Assembly: GCF_006345805.1 (NCBI RefSeq)
Contig: NC_042999.1
Span: 159,216,001 to 159,280,000, forward strand
DNA length: 64,000 nt
Direction: 5' to 3'
Source: Octopus sinensis
Lineage: Eukaryota
Shown here one piece after another: positions 40,776 to 54,859 of this stretch. The notes below the pieces were generated by a model. It searched no databases. It saw nothing but the letters and a program-made list of their open reading frames with translations, and was not told where the DNA came from. The translations under genes and the position numbers were made by a program. Every line of letters begins with the position of its first letter. Position 1 is the first letter of the stretch.

Positions 40776-41001
40776 TTACTGCCCAGAAAGGGTTAAACAT
40801 AGAGGGGACAAACAAGGACAGACGAAGGGATTGAGCCGATTATATCGCCCCCAGTGCGAAACTGGTACTTTATTTATCGACCCCGAAAGGATGAAAGACA
40901 AAGTTGACCTCGGCGGAATTTGAACTCAGAACGTAACGACAGACGAAATACCGCTAAGCATTTCGCCCGGCGCGCTAACGTGTCTGCCAGCTCGCCCCTC
41001 A
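40772..41001 (-). mobile_element. SINE family B
   Basis: Reverse complement of the consensus. Confidence 0.85.
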
Positions 41002-41653
41002 ACATGTTCTTCGGTGTAGCAGGGTTTTTAAAGGAGAGTTATAATTGTATTAATTTGATAAGAGATCCTTCGAATGAATATTAGTAACTGGGGTTGACAT
41101 TATCCACTAAAATGAAGCCACTCGATATTGGTGGACCTTCTGCTTAAGATAACATCATTGTATTGATTTTTGTTGCTCAAATTCATATATTCGATGTAGA
41201 AGGAATATACAATTAAATCGGTCCAGTCCAGTACTTTGCTGACACTTTAATTAATGCAAACGTTAATCTTGGAGTGATTAGAACACAATCTAATGAGCCG
41301 AAACAAATATCAGCAAGGTCTATAATGCTATTTCATAATATAAACTTACTGAGGTCCCCTTTGCCTTTCATCCTTCCAGGATTGATCAAATAAAGAGCAG
41401 GTAATTAAGGAGGCCTTGTCATTGACTGTTCTAATGTAGCAAATCTGAGGCCTATGTCACAAACCAATATTAATTTTTTAAATGTTGTTCTGGTCTCTAA
41501 GAATTAAATGAATCAAATGTGTTGGAATATGTTTTTATGCATACAACAATATTAGGCACGCGCCTGGATAAGAACAGTCGATTATATTTTGTGATAGTAT
41601 GTATTTAATAGCTCCAGGTTTCCTGAAGTAAAAATTTTATTGATAATACTCAC

Positions 41654-41748
41654 CATTGTCGTAATTCCTTGTTCTTTGCTGAATGTAGATAAAACTGTCA
41701 GCATTGATACAACCAGAAGGCAGTTTACATTACGTAGAAATGTATTTC
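41654..41748 (-). CDS. TMTC4: TMTC4-like internal exon B: (G)NTFLRNVNCLLVVSMLTVLSTFSKEQGITTM
   Basis: 95 nt, acceptor tactttcag and donor gtgagt, phase 1 in and phase 0 out. Contains the TMTC signature SKEQGIT (ORF track 41582..41764). Confidence 0.9.
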
Positions 41749-42778
41749 CTGAAAGTAAATGCAATATATTTGATCATATTAGCTGTATTAAAAATGAAAG
41801 TATTTATGGTGTTTATTACAATGACACTAAATCTATATTGCTCATATAATTTGAACTAAAACTAATGCCACCGCTTGGACATTTTATGTATATATAAGTA
41901 CATGTAGCCGTATCATCAATGTAAATAAAGGTGCTGGCATTATTTAGTCTAAAATCATCCCGAAATGAGCATATACGTGTTCGAAGGTGTTCCAGTATTG
42001 ACATTTTCCCATATGCTTGCATATTTTGTATATTTATTGTATATCTATTTGCCAATGTGTTCCTTTTGAAGAAGGCAAAGTGTATATTGAAAGATTTTTG
42101 TTGCAACTTGTTGCAAGTAGGACCACCAAGCAGACACTCTGTGTTAACTGAAAGAACTGCTTCAGGCAATTGCGAAGAGAATGTTAATAATATTTAGTTT
42201 CTAATTATTATCTATTGAGACACGACAGAGAAAACTTATAGTGTAATACTGCATTGGAATTACCAAATAGTGCTTCACTTATTATGGAACTGAAAGCGAG
42301 TTTATTTGAGGGCACAAAAAGAAGAACTTCAACAGATTTTGACTTCAAAATAAAGAATTTCATTTAATGATTGATGCAGAATTTATATACTGAAAATGTA
42401 TAGATTCTCCAAAAAGCAGAGTAACAGGATAAATATTGAGTATACAGAAGAGAACATGTAGCGGTTATTGTAACGTGTAATCCACAGTCCAATATGCTAT
42501 ATAACAGGGAAAACAATATATGTTTTCATTTTCAATATCTATTGCATATTTAAAATGTTATATTTTAAAATATTTAAATAGTTTATCGTATTAAACGAAA
42601 TCAAAATTCTATTAACGATTAATGTGAACTCTGCTTGCTTAGCGCCAACCACACGTTCAGCCTTTAACGCGGTCTTCAGTTATGATAAAGAATGAAAACT
42701 GAACCCAGATTGCAAACCCTAACTAATATGAACTTACATATAATTTAGCGTAACTTAAAAAGATAAATCATTGCTTTG

Positions 42779-43055
42779 GAGCTTTGATCAAGGCTTCCTA
42801 AAGGAATAACAAATTGAAAATATATAACTGAAATTGCATCGATTAATAATTTAAATCACGTCGCAGTTTGAGCTTCCTCCATACCACTTGCCAAAAGATG
42901 TGATAAACGATGGGCTGAGCTTTGAACAAGGCTTCCCAAAGGAATAACAAATTGAAAATATATAATTGAAATTGCATCCATTAATAATTTAAATCACGTC
43001 GCAGTTTGAGCTTACTCCATACCACTTGCCAAGAGATGTGATAAATGATGGGCTA
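42779..43055. repeat. Tandem duplication of a ~138-bp unit
   Basis: gagctttga.caaggcttcc.aaaggaataacaaattg...gatgggct occurs twice with few substitutions. Confidence 0.9.
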
Positions 43056-43874
43056 ATTGTTGGGTATTGTTAAAAACAATACTTTTTGCAATGCTGCCTA
43101 TTGCAACATTGGAAATGACTATCAATATGTGCAGTTGATACATCAATATTCGTTAAAGTCAATAGTAGTTTCTTGCTATATACAACTGTAATAGTATTGT
43201 ATAAACAAAAGGCACAGCAGCGATATTTATACTATGCAACAATGTTCACCACATTTATGCCGATAACATGAATGTAAAATCAACTTGTGTACAAGATTTT
43301 ATCAATCTAATTAAATTCTGTGATCAAAGATTTAGCGTTTCCTTTTAGCAGTGGATCATTAATCTACGCGTTACAAGTTCACCGTTATCTCAGTACGAGT
43401 AGTAAATTATTGACTAGCTCAGGAGACCTTGCGTAATTACTGTACATTAGAAGTGTATGGATGATGTACAACCCTATTTGAGTTTCTAAACTCAGTAGAA
43501 ATGCTTTAAATAAATTGCAGTAATGTTTTTCATTCTTTCTTGCTTATAGCTCAGTATGTATATATAGGTTAAGCAATCGTTATAAATGTGGCGAACATTT
43601 ATTATTTCTTTAATTGTACGAATACAATAAAATATACACACTTCAAATCGAATTGGATAATTAACTTTCTTTCAATGTGGAACGGCTTTCAAAAATTGTA
43701 TTACTGTTTTGAAGAATACGTAGTAAACGATTAAGCAGAGCCCCCTGAACAAAATTGTAGATTTTTCTTTTAGGACCGGATCGATCCTGATTTATCACAA
43801 AGTGTTCCAGCCGTCTTATCCTATATTACAGTCAAGCACAGCGTATGCTGTGATTTGAGGAGGTTTAGATACAA

Positions 43875-44271
43875 CTAGCAGTATCGCCCGGCGTTGCTTG
43901 GATTTGTAAGGGAAATAACTATATAAGCATTTTTAGAGATGTAAAGTATAATAGCCATCTCAATATGGCTAACCACAAAGGTGGGGGGTGTTACTGTAGC
44001 TTTTTACGTTCTGAGATTTAATAATAACTTTTTAGAGAGTTACTTCCCTTATATATGCCAAAAATGCATTAAAAATTGGAAAAATTGATGGTAAATTTTT
44101 TTTAAATTGTAGACTCATCGTAGACGCTCGCTAATATCCAGAAGGGGTCGATATGAATCACGACTATAAGATACCCGGTTTTGGTTAAACTGCACCGCAA
44201 AATGTGGGAGTAGTTAGGAATCTAAATCGTAGGAAACCGACAGCACACAACCTCTCTTTTATATATAAAGA
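43875..44271 (-). mobile_element. Non-autonomous Helitron, copy 3
   Basis: Reverse complement of the same family (TC...hairpin...CTAG, A/T site); flanked by a 47-bp direct repeat. Confidence 0.85.
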
Positions 44272-46544
44272 TCACAGTCAAGCACAGCGTATGCTGTGAT
44301 TTGAAGAGGTTTAGATACAATTAAAAGCATATCTAGCGTCTGAGTAGAAATTTCTTTTTGGTTCAATGAAGATTATTTGATGTCTTATGGTGTTGGCTGA
44401 CAGGAGAGTTTCAGATCAAACACTGAATTTGGCGACTTAGAATTGTCAGGTTACAATTTTGCTGTTCATCACTTCTGGGGAAGATGATATATTTTTACTG
44501 GCAACATTTAGCAAAATCAAGTCGCAACACTATTCTGCTTCCATTAACAAAATCGTGCCCCAACGAACGAAATCATTGGAGAAGGAAATGTATGTTTCAT
44601 GCTTAGTCCAGCACATGCTGGAATGAACAAGTTCAGTGACAGTATTAGCGATCTAACATAAATAGCTGAGCAATAAAAACCTTTGTGCGACACATAAAGC
44701 TACACATGCGTGTTTCTTAATTTCACTATGATTTAGCTCATATTTCACAATTCACTAGTTTCATGCAAACATATTCGTATTTCCTTCATAAGACAAATAT
44801 TATCAGGAATGCTGGAGATGTTTGATAAATGTATAATACACCCACTTCCTTAGCTCTAGAACTGACCGTGTAGTTAAAATTTTTGTTTCTGAAGTAAGTG
44901 ATCCCGAGTTCGATTTCGCTGAAAAGCACTCTGGGTAAGTGCGCCTTACCATAAACTCGGCCCACTCAGGCCATGATTTTTTAATTAGAAAGTGAAAACT
45001 GTGTGAATGATTTGCAGTCTTTCTTCTTGATAGAATTAAACGGTTGTCAATTTTAACAACATTACTTGGCATTTGATTGCCTTTCACAGATTCATCCGTT
45101 GTTAAAGGCATTAGAACTAGATCCCTCTGATATTGGTGACCACTGAAACGTTGTTTCGCCTCTCTTTTCACTAGCCAGTTATGAATCTGCTGAAGGTTGT
45201 GGCCATTGCGCTTTCTATAAATGGTCAAAAGTACAAACCAATACCATACGTAAACACATAGAACATTCATATAAAAAATACACACGCACTCACACGTAAA
45301 CACTTGCATGAGCGCACGTAGATGTTGTAAATTATATTTTTTGGGGAAAAAAACTGGTTACTTATGCTCTCGCTGTTCTCAGAGTTTCCCTATACCTGTT
45401 GATGTAGTCTGCATCATACATGCAAACCTCGAGGTTCATGCACAACGCGAATGATTAAAGATTGATGCCTGTAAGAGACATATGCGAATTCTCTGACTTC
45501 AAGGGAGCTTAAGCATTTCAGATGGAAGTGGGGCTTAATTAATTGCAGGATTGGGAGGTGATGCACAGTAAAATTCAAAGAGTGGAAGAGGGTTGAATGC
45601 AGCGAGTAAGGTTTTATGGGTATGGTATATTTCCCATTTAATAGCGAGCTTTGTGCTTCTACACAGGTTGTACAATACCTTTTATCTCGATCATTAAAAA
45701 TAGGTACGTGATCTTTGCTTAAAGCTAGTAGCCAATAATGTGAAATTCCATCTCACTAACAGTACATCTATAAACTGTGATTTTTGCTCAAGCATTGCCC
45801 GTTACAAGAACATATTTTGTTCCGACAGCTGTTGAATGTGTACAAAGGTATTTCAGAGGACATGGGAACATTATTTTAACAGTACAAGAACTCGACAGAA
45901 GGAACGTAGCTGCGATTCATTAACTGAAGTGTATCAATGAATAAAGGTGGTTTAAGGAATCCGTCTGAATTAACCCGATGGTCCGAAGGTGAAATACATG
46001 TCTTACCAGAAATAGCATAGAACTGGTAGATTTCCAACTATTCATTTGACTGAGAGTGCCATAAGTTCTGGTAGATAGGAGAAGTTGGATAGCATGTGCG
46101 TAATGTGTATGTAGTTAGAGTCAGACAACGGTAGGACGACGTGACAAATGAAGAAACTGTTGTAGTCTGATAGAGGTTGGGCTTAATTGTGAGAAAGGGA
46201 TCAAGGTTCTTTAGAGTGGTTAGAGTTTTTGCATTCTGGTTTGTTTTTTCTTATTGTGTTGCTGCTGTTTTTTTTGTTTATATTGCGTTTATTTTTTTTT
46301 CTTTTGTCAGAAACACGTGTAGGTTCAAAATATTTCATTTATAGTATTGAAGATTGCACAAAATTCAGCTTCTATGACAGTGGCATCCGTAATGAACACC
46401 GGTAAGAACCGAGAAGGCCTATGTACCTTAACGTATGTGAGGAGGATGATTTGCGAAAGGGGTAAATCAGAACAGAAGTCCTCTTGATGCAGATGGAAGT
46501 CTTCCTCGTGGTCCAAAGAATTCGCTAAAAAGTAAAGAAGGTAA

Positions 46545-46705
46545 ACGGCTGTGTGGTAAGTAGCTTGCTTACCAACCACATGGTTCCGGGTTCAGTCCCA
46601 CTGCGTGGCACCTTGGGCAAGTGTCTTCTAATATAGTCTCAGGCCGACCAAAGCCTTGTGAGTGGATTTGGTAGACGGAAACTGAAAGAAGCCCGTCGTA
46701 TATAA

Positions 46706-46767
<62 letters not shown>

Positions 46768-46996
46768 GTGTATATATTTTTGTGTCTCTGTGTTTGTCCC
46801 CCCAACATCGCTTGTCAACCGATGCTGGTGTGTTTACGTCCCCGTAACTTAGCGGTTCGGCAAAAGAGACCGACAGAATAAGTACTAGACTTACAAAGAA
46901 TAAGTCCTGGGGTCGATTTGCTCGACTAAAGGCGGCGCTCCAACATGGCCACTGTCACATGACTGAAATAAGTAAAAGAGTAAAAGAGTAAAGAGT
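46545..46996 (+). mobile_element. SINE family A
   Basis: Same consensus. Confidence 0.85.
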
Positions 46997-48265
46997 ACAT
47001 TTGAATAAGCGGGGGGAAAAAGACTTTGTCTCAGAGCAAGTGGTACTTTTTGTTGATGCTATGTAGGAAAGAAAGCTGGTGTTTGAGACAGTAGAATCTA
47101 CGGATCTTTTCAATTCTGAAGCCAGTTTTTTCAAATTTTTCCTACTGAACCAAACAATTTGAAACTTCGTATACTGGTAGAATGTGTCAAAAGTAAACTT
47201 AATTGTAAACCAGAATGAAAACGGAATTGTAACTTCTAAGTTTAACGTTGTTTAATAATTAGAATTTTAACCAATGATATTCCGTCATTCGGCTTTATTT
47301 TATTTACTCCGTCTCGACCACCAATTTGGTGACGTATTAAACATCTTAAATGTAAACAAGCCGCATGTCTCCGTGAAATCTTCTAATTATTTAACGTACT
47401 CATGTTTCCAGGATCCTATAGTCAGCCACCTTCTAATAACAATATTTAAAACTAGTTAATAAGCCACATGTATTAAATTGAAAATGTTTCCATTCTGTTA
47501 GTACTTGCTTTCGTTTGCTATTAAGAAGTGGCATCTCAGTGACGAGGCTTCTAACAAGATTTCGTTTCTAAGCTAATGCGTTTCATTTCACTTATTGTAT
47601 TTATTTGTGCAAAAGGCAAGAAATTTAATATTAAAAAAGCAAAGAGCTGGCAGAAACGTTAGCACGCCGGGCGAAATGCGTAGCCGTATTTCGTCTGCCG
47701 TTACGTTCTGTGTTTGTTTACAGTTTTCCGAACGTTAGTACGTCACAAAAGCGCTTTCTACGTCACACTAATAGAATGCAGTCAAGTTTTACACATGAAA
47801 ACAAACAATCTGATTGGTTAAAATTCGCAGTTTTAATCTACGATTAAAGTCATAAAATAGATTTTTCTCAAATAAACTAGTTCCAACCTGTGTCTTGTTT
47901 TGCTAGACTCTATCAGCATACGAAGTTTCAGAATATTTAGTTAAGTAGAAAGATCTGTGGTCCTGGCTTCAGAATTGAAAAGATCCGAATCTACTTATAC
48001 GTAAACACCATGTCTCAGAATAAAGTTTAAAGTACTGAGAGCGTACACACAACAGAAATAACTATTGATAAAGGTTGAGGGATTTGTATCGCAGAGAAGA
48101 ACAGAATGGCTGGTTTGCTTGTAATTAAAGTGTGATATACACACTATCAAGAAAGATAGAATGTTAGTGAATAGCAGTAAAATTAGTGAAAGTTGTTTGG
48201 TATATTTGGTTTTAGATTTTGGTATTGGGACATGTAGAATGAGTTGGTACATCATGGGTTCATGA

Positions 48266-48500
48266 AGGCGGCGAGCTGGCAGAGTGGTTAGCACGCCGGG
48301 CTAAATGCTTAGCGGTATTTCGTCTGCCGCTACGTTCTGAGTTCAAATTCCGCCGAGGTCGACTTTGCATTTCATCCTTTCGGGGTCGATAAATTAAGTA
48401 CCAGTTCCGCACTGGGGTCGATGTAATCGACTTAATACCTATGTCTGTCCTTGTTTGTCCGTCCACTCTATGTTTAGCCCCTTGTGGGTAATAAAGAAAT
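48266..48500 (+). mobile_element. tRNA-derived SINE family B (about 235 bp)
   Basis: GGCGGCGAGCTGGCAGA...GTTAGCACGCCGGG...GAGTTCAAATTCC...CCTTTCGGGGTCGATAAA...CCCCTTGTGGG...AAAGAAATA. Degenerate copies at about 1355-1520, 5510-5870, 38760-38970 (minus) and 47643-47710. Confidence 0.85.
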
Positions 48501-48769
48501 AGGTACATCATGGGTTCACGATATCTCCTGCTATGAACTTTAATCGTAAGTTGGCTAAAACTCCGCTAAAAATACACATGGTTTTGGTGGTAGCACTAAA
48601 CACTGCGGTGTGATATGTCCACATATTAAAGAAGTACAGATATTAAAGAAGTACAGGACCTACACCATATTATATAAATGGTAGACAGATTCAACATGTG
48701 CACACAAAAGGCGCACATACACACACACACACAAACACTCGCGCGCGCACACACACCAGATATACAGCT

Positions 48770-48889
48770 AGATAGATAGATGGATAGATAGACAGACAGT
48801 CAGCCAGACAGGCATGCATGCAGACAGACAGACAGGCAGACAGGCAGGCAGGTAGACAGACAGACAGACAGTCAGACAGACAGACAGAC

Positions 48890-48936
<47 letters not shown>

Positions 48937-48951
48937 GATAGATAGACAGAC

Positions 48952-49041
<90 letters not shown>

Positions 49042-49042
49042 C

Positions 49043-49101
<59 letters not shown>

Positions 49102-49102
49102 C

Positions 49103-49141
<39 letters not shown>

Positions 49142-49142
49142 C

Positions 49143-49186
<44 letters not shown>
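48770..49186. repeat. (GATA)n/(GACA)n microsatellite at the 3' end of the Tx1 copy
   Basis: Direct reading. Confidence 0.95.
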
Positions 49187-49187
<1 letters not shown>

Positions 49188-51922
49188 TGTTTCTTTATTA
49201 GCCACACAGGGCTGCACACAGATAGAACAAATTACAAGGTAGAGCTTTTCTTTTGAAGGTTTAAAAAAAAAAAAAAAAGGAAGGGGAGTTTCGATCAAAA
49301 GGGATCGTAAAAGGAGAGAAAGAGGACAAAAGAAAGGGGGGGTTAAAAGAAAAAAAAAGGGGGGGGAGAGGAAAAAAAAATTGATCAATAGGGATCGTTA
49401 TCACAGAAATGTCAATATGAAGTGTAAAGGGGAGGACAGGTGAGGTTTACCCGTGGAAAGAAAAGCCTACGGAAAAGACCACGGTAACCTCGGTCAATGA
49501 AGTCACATTTTATATTTCTTTTTTTTTTTTTTTTTTTTTTTGCAAATAAGCAACTCTCTGTTTTCGATTTCTGGGTTCATAGGACTATGCTCAAGGTGGC
49601 TTCGTCATTCATACGTGCCATTCTTGCTACATTCACCCATCTTTTTTTAAAACATTCGCTAGACAAAACTTGCCTCTCTACTCTCACTTTCCTTTTCAAG
49701 TGGTACTTGAAGAAGTTGATGAGAGATTGACCAGAGAGGAAAGTGTTTGGCTCCAATCCTTTCAGACGCGTCCACCAGATACATTCTTTCGCCATAGCCA
49801 CAAGGATGATGAAAATAGCTCTTCCTTCCCGTTTGAAGGAAGGAGGCGTGACAATATTGACGATAGACTCAGCTGATAAACCGACTCGTCCCACACGTGA
49901 CAGCAGTTGTTCGACATAAGCCCACAGGTCGGAAATTGTTGGACACTGAACGAGTGCGTGCAGAACGGTTTCGTCGCTCTGACCGCATCTCGGGCAGGTC
50001 GGCCCCGTGTTTCTCGAGCCGTGTCTGTAGAGCTTATCCCGAACGGGTAGCGCTTCTCGGTAGCACTGCCAGGCCAGGGATCTCTGGAAGTTGTCCATGG
50101 GCCCTGGCCCGAAAGTCGTCCCGAACAGGCGGGTCAGGTACTCCTCGTCGACGTCCAGGTTCGCCCGAGCTCGTCGTCGTACCTCCCCTCCACTAAACCC
50201 CTATAGAATGCTTTGGTTGTGTTGAAGTCACTTAAGGTCGACCCAGGACGGCAGAGTTGCTTGAGAGCAACGCGACACTCGCGGTGCCATTCGCCCTTCC
50301 TCAGCCTCTTTTTGATCCACGACTGCAGTTCGGTCATGGAGACGAGCTGCGGGAAAGCGTGCCTCACAAACGGCGACCACACCTGTTCACCGTCGTCTAC
50401 ATAGAGCCAGAGATGTCGCAGTCTCAGCGCGTGTCTGCGCATCATCAACCACGGCATGCCCAGCCCTCCTTTTAACGGGTGTTGACAGCAAATGGATCGC
50501 CTGACCATCGGGACGCATCCTTTCCACAAGAAGCGAAAGAGGATGCGTTGTAGTTTGGTGATGGTAGGGTCGGGACAAGGTACGACGGTCAGGCGGTAGT
50601 AGATGACGGACGCGATGTACGTGTTCGCCACCTCCGCTCGACCTTTTAGGGACAGTTTCCTCTCGGCCCATTGCCGGGCGAGGGTGACCACCCTACTCGT
50701 TATCTCGTTCCAGTTCTTCTCCACTTGGAGGTCCGGACCGAACCAGACCCCGAGCAACTCAACCGGGCCGTCGGTCCAGCGTCCCACGACGCAGGCGCTG
50801 GTGGACGGCATGGGCTTGCTTCTCCAGGTGCCTAGTCGCAAGCCCACTGACTTTTCCCGGTTGATTTTCGCTCCTGTCACCGCTTCGTAGTTTTTCAGTG
50901 TCTCGCCGACCAGCTCGATGTGCTCGTGGCTAGACACTATGACGGTGACGTCGTCCGCGTATGCAGACACGCTCGTCCCGCATCCCAATTCTCGCGGGAT
51001 GCCCCTTAGAGTCGCCAGCTTCCGCAGTAGTGGCTCAAGTGTCAATACGTATAGAAGCGCCGAGAGGGGGCATCCCTGACGGACCGAACGTGCAATGTCG
51101 AAAGGTCTCGATAGATGTCCATTTACGCGAATTACCGAACGGATGCCTCTGTACAAGGCAGCTATCCAGCCGCGGAAGACGGGACCGAAACCAGCCGCTC
51201 TCAGGACTGCCTCCAAGTATCGATGGTCTACCCTATCAAAGGCTTTCGATTGATCCAAGTTGATCAGGGCCCCACCCATGCCAGGTTCGTTAACTACCCT
51301 GTCTATGATGTAGCGCATCAGATGGAGGTTGTCATGGATGGTCCGGCCTGGCACGGCGCATGTTTGCGCCTTGTCGACCAGTTTCTCGATGACAAGCGCC
51401 AACCTCTTGGCCAGCACCTTGGCCAAAATTTTCAAGTCTGCATTAAGCAGAGTGATGGGCCTAAAGTTATCTATTACATTTCCCTTGTTTAGATCTTTCT
51501 TCAGCAGTGTTACGGCTCCTCGGCTCACAAAACCAGGAATGCTCCCGTTTTGCTGCCAGTTGCAGTACACCGCCGCCAAGAGATCTCCAAACAAGTCTGG
51601 CATACAATTGTAAAGCTCGTAGGGTAGACCATCCAAACCCGGTGATTTGTCCCTCGAGCATTCTGCCATCGCTTCCCGCACTTCCGCCGCCGTGATGGCA
51701 CCTTCGCAGCACCCTGCCTTTCTTGTCGAGAGTCGTGGTAGGCTATGTAGGTAGGCACTGAAGTCCACCCTACGTTCTTGCCCTCCACTCGTTCCGAACA
51801 GTCGGGCAAAATGCTGCTGAAAGGCCTCACACATTTTACTTGGCTCGAGCAATTCGCGCCCCTGTTCATCTACCAGTGACCGAATGGTGGCTTTGTTGCC
51901 CTGTTGCGCCTCTGCCACCCGG
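49187..51922 (-). mobile_element. Tx1/L1-clade LINE, 5'-truncated, inserted in (GATA)n; near-intact reverse transcriptase, C-terminal CCHC zinc finger and 3' UTR
   Basis: RT motifs [52 protein letters not shown] (ORF 50134..52335). C-terminus CPRC...ETVLHALVQC (49577..50098). The 3' UTR has AATAAA (49194-49199). (ATCT)n lies at both junctions. Confidence 0.93.
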
Positions 51923-52267
<345 letters not shown>

Positions 52268-52377
52268 GATTGAATTAGTGTCGGGAGAAGATTGGATAGG
52301 ATGCCTTGATAGAATTGAAATGCTGCTGAAGTCAACTCGGCCTTTTATCCTTTTGTGGCTCGATGTAATTTTCGTCA

Positions 52378-52750
52378 GGCGCAGGAGTGGCAGTGGTAAG
52401 TAGTTTGCATACCAACCACATAGCTCTGGGTTCAGTCCCACTGCGTGGCAGCTTGGGGAAGTATCCTCTACTATAGCCTCAGGCTGACCAAAGCCTAGTG
52501 AGTGTATTTGAGAGACGGAAACTTAAAGAAACCCGCAGTAGGTGCACATTCTGTCTGTCTGTGATTGTCCCCCTACCATCACCTGCTGGTGTGTTTATGT
52601 TCCCGTAACTTAGCGGTTCGGCAAAAGAGATCGATAGAATATGTACTAGGCTTACAAAGAATAAGTCCCGGGATCGATTTGCTCGACTAAAGGCAGTGCT
52701 CCCGCATGGCCGCAATCAAACGACTGAAACATTCAAAAGAATGAAAGAAT
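52378..52750 (+). mobile_element. SINE family A (diverged)
   Basis: Same consensus without the central microsatellite. Confidence 0.8.
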
Positions 52751-53175
52751 ATACCCTTGAACTGGACAATTCCTCTGACCTGTCTCCAGAACAGCTCACC
52801 CGACCACTCTCCAATACAATTCATCTACCTATCTACAAACACACAGTAGGCCGGTTTGGATAGGTAGGCCTACAACCAGCTCACAGTATCCAACAGCATC
52901 AATGTTGAGGTTCCAATTAGCAATGGATCAAACTCGGTTGAAAGAAAATAAGCCACCAGACTAACATATACTAAATCTATCAATTCATATTCATACTTTC
53001 AGAATAGAAACCTGATTGGAGATAGGTGTAGGCGAGTGACTGTGAAGTAAGAGGAAAGCCTGCATCCTATATAATTAAGACATGCAACGCAACTTTTAAA
53101 AACATGAGAAATAGACTTTAGACTTGTATTTTAAACCCACATTTTATAAGACTTTTACAAAGCATATGCTAGAAG

Positions 53176-53538
53176 CACTCCGTCGGTTACGACGACGAGG
53201 GTTCCAGTTGATCTGAATCAACGGAACAGCCTGCTCGTGAAATTAACATGTAAGTAGCTGAGCACTCCACAGACACGTGCACCCTTAACGTAGTTCTCGG
53301 GGATATTCAGCGTGACACAGAGAGTGACAAGGCCGGCCCTTTGAAATACAGGTACAATAGAAACAGGAAGTAAGAGTGAGAGAAAGTTGTGGTGAAAGAG
53401 TACAGCAGGGATCACCACCATCCCTGCCGGAGCCTTGTGGAGCTTTAGGTGTTTTTCGCTCAATAAACACTCACAACGCCCGGTCTGGGAATCGAAACCG
53501 CGATTCCGCTGCCCTAACCACTGGGCCATTGCGCCTCC
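53176..53538 (-). mobile_element. SINE family C
   Basis: Reverse complement of 22138-22520. Confidence 0.85.
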
Positions 53539-53559
53539 TACAAAGCATATATACAACTA

Positions 53560-53965
53560 GGCGCAGGAGTGGCTGTGTGGTAAGTAGCTTGCTAACCAAC
53601 CACATGGTTCCGGATTCAGTCCCACTGCATGGCATCTTGGGCAAGTGTCTTCTGCTATAGCCCCGGGCCGACCGAAGCCTTGTGAATGGATTTGGTAGAC
53701 AGAAACTGAAAAAAGCCTGTCGTATATATGTATATATATATATGTATATATGTGTATGTGTGTGTGTTTGTCCCCCTAGCATTGCTTGACAACCGATGCT
53801 GGTGTGTTTATGTCCCCGTTACTTAGCGGTTCGGCAAAAGAAACCGATAGAATAAGTACTGGGCTTACAAAAGAATAAGTCCCGGGGTCGAATTGCTCGA
53901 TTAAAGGCGGTGCTCCAGAATGGCCGCAGTCAAATGACTGAAACGAGTAAAAGAGTAAAAGAGTA
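53560..53965 (+). mobile_element. SINE family A
   Basis: Same consensus. Confidence 0.85.
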
Positions 53966-54859
53966 ACTTCCATTTATTACTTCCTCTTTGGGACACATAT
54001 ATATGTATATATGTATAAATGTATATATATGTATATATATGTACATATGTATATATGTATAAATGTATGTGTGTATATATGTATATTAGTCAATATTATA
54101 ATACTCTCAAAATATAAATTTTAAAGGAGATTGGCACATAGTTATTAGGTATCTATAATTGTTTTTAATGGCGGGATAAGAGGATGAAGAGCAGCGCCAG
54201 TAATCCTTGTAAGGCCTTTAGGAATGATGGAATAAAGGAACATAATCTTCAAACAAACACGAAGCACCAATAGTTGCTATGAACATACAAAGAGGCAGAT
54301 TAACTTTCCGACTGGCTTCCACGTTGTTTCTGACAACCAAATTTCACTGAATAATGTGGCCAATCCTAAGCTATGTAATAACACATTTTTCCAAAATGTT
54401 GGAGTGATGTCGAAGCTGAAGTTCTTAACAATACACGTAAAAAATAAGGCAAAATATTTCCAATGGTTTGTTTTAGTTTTTCTTATTTTTTCAAAAAGGA
54501 AAGCAATTCCGTATCTATTTAATCTAACTGAAGTAGTATATAACATATCAGTTGCATCTGATATTTAATGTGTGTGTGTGTGTCTTATTCAGGTTTATTT
54601 CAAGATTTCTTGCCAATAGAGAATGAGCTGGTTCTAACCTAGATCTAAGGCTCCTTCATTGGAATTTCAACGTTAGGAACAGGGTATTTTTGTATGTATG
54701 TATGTATGTATGTATGTATGCATGTATGTATGTATGTATGTATGCATGTATGTATATATGTATGTACGTATACGTGCATATTTGTATGTTTTGTTTTATA
54801 TATGTCTTCTCATGCACATATTTGCATATCAAGACATGCTCATATATATATATAAAGAC

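Noticed and set aside
44803-45309. 168-aa minus-strand ORF with plausible splice sites (45214-44950)
   Set aside because: No TMTC similarity, the phase does not fit exon B, and part overlaps a degenerate plus-strand SINE head (about 44860-44970).
54277-54546. ORF containing NVLLHSL, resembling the TMTC 'NVLLH' motif
   Set aside because: It lies downstream of exon A, whereas that motif must be upstream. The context does not align and the frame ends in a stop.
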